Origin: a virus
Length of the DNA stretch: 64,000 bases
Virus record (IMG/VR): IMGVR_UViG_3300036770_008715
Location: 76,074-140,073 of that record
Direction: 5' to 3' (one strand)
Each line of letters starts with the position of its first letter. The first letter of the stretch is position 1. A program made the translations under genes and the position numbers. The notes below the pieces were generated by a model. The model was not told the origin of the DNA and searched no databases. It saw only the letters and a program-made list of their open reading frames with translations. This document shows, piece after piece, positions 63,612 to 64,000 of the stretch.

Positions 63612-64000
63612 TACACAAACTCCTTCGGTAGGATACCTTCGAACATACCAGCGCAATCGTAACTGAGCCCCAGGCGATAGCAGGCATATTCTGCCGTGGC
63701 ATAGTCGCCCAGGTCCAGACTCTGGACAATCCAACGGATAGCAGTCTCGCGATCGCGAGCACCAAGTTGGATGTTGCAGGCAATCTGGTACTCGAACGTC
63801 TCAAGAGCATATGCCCTCTCGCGGCGCTCTTGGTCAATTGCATCGCACACCGCATCGCTCATGCGATCAGCGATTTCGTGCAGCTCGTCGACGGGCTTCG
63901 AGCTGAGATCCCAATAGGTCGGGCGGAACCCATACGCATCCTTGTGCGCGTCCGAGATGTAAGAGATAAGATCAGAGCGGATATCAGTGGTATTCATCAT
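63611..64000 (-). CDS. Conserved hypothetical early phage protein
   Basis: YISD.HKDAYGFRP...GA.DRETA.RW......GL.Y motif. Confidence 0.7.
   Translation of the reverse strand: MMNTTDIRSDLISYISDAHKDAYGFRPTYWDLSSKPVDELHEIADRMSDAVCDAIDQERRERAYALETFEYQIACNIQLGARDRETAIRWIVQSLDLGDYATAEYACYRLGLSYDCAGMFEGILPKEFV

Noticed and set aside
1-64000. Alternative genetic code or stop-codon recoding
   Set aside because: Core genes are full length under the standard code, all three stop codons terminate genes, and no suppressor tRNA was seen.

Overview
This window is a 64-kb segment of a T4-like myovirus genome, probably infecting a proteobacterium; the host cannot be determined from sequence alone. Positions 1-23 kb (minus strand) form an elaborate accessory fibre/adhesin locus. 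It holds three polysaccharide-lyase-like proteins, two G-X-Q collagen-like fibres, a 1355-aa beta-propeller protein with a coupled methyltransferase, a 983-aa polyglycine protein flanked by glutaredoxin-like, DUF6065-like and 2OG-Fe(II) oxygenase genes, and a beta-helix repeat fibre. Positions 23-50 kb hold the baseplate/tail module: a split VrlC-like protein, gp8, gp7, gp6, gp25, gp5, a hub protein, gp53 and gp48, then divergently gp4, gp2, gp54, gp26/gp51-like and a tape-measure-like protein with a GH19 domain. Positions 50-59 kb hold tRNA-Leu and tRNA-Gly, an HNH homing endonuclease, gp32, gp59, gp33, SleB hydrolase, GT2, SpeD, a thermonuclease, a circularly permuted tmRNA, an exonuclease, PhoH, an epimerase and a DenV-like glycosylase. 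Positions 59-64 kb are small early-type genes behind promoters carrying IHF-like boxes. The most unusual signals are: (1) an HNH gene plus an intact tRNA-Leu nested inside the two ends of another tRNA, whose acceptor stem and CCA remain perfect; (2) the polyglycine protein with a candidate modification cassette; (3) a -1 frameshift site joining gp26 to gp51 just before the tape-measure gene; (4) a gene bracketed by a duplication of the tmRNA 3' hairpin; (5) IHF box/T-tract/TATAATGG promoters. All family assignments come from motif recognition by eye, not database searches.
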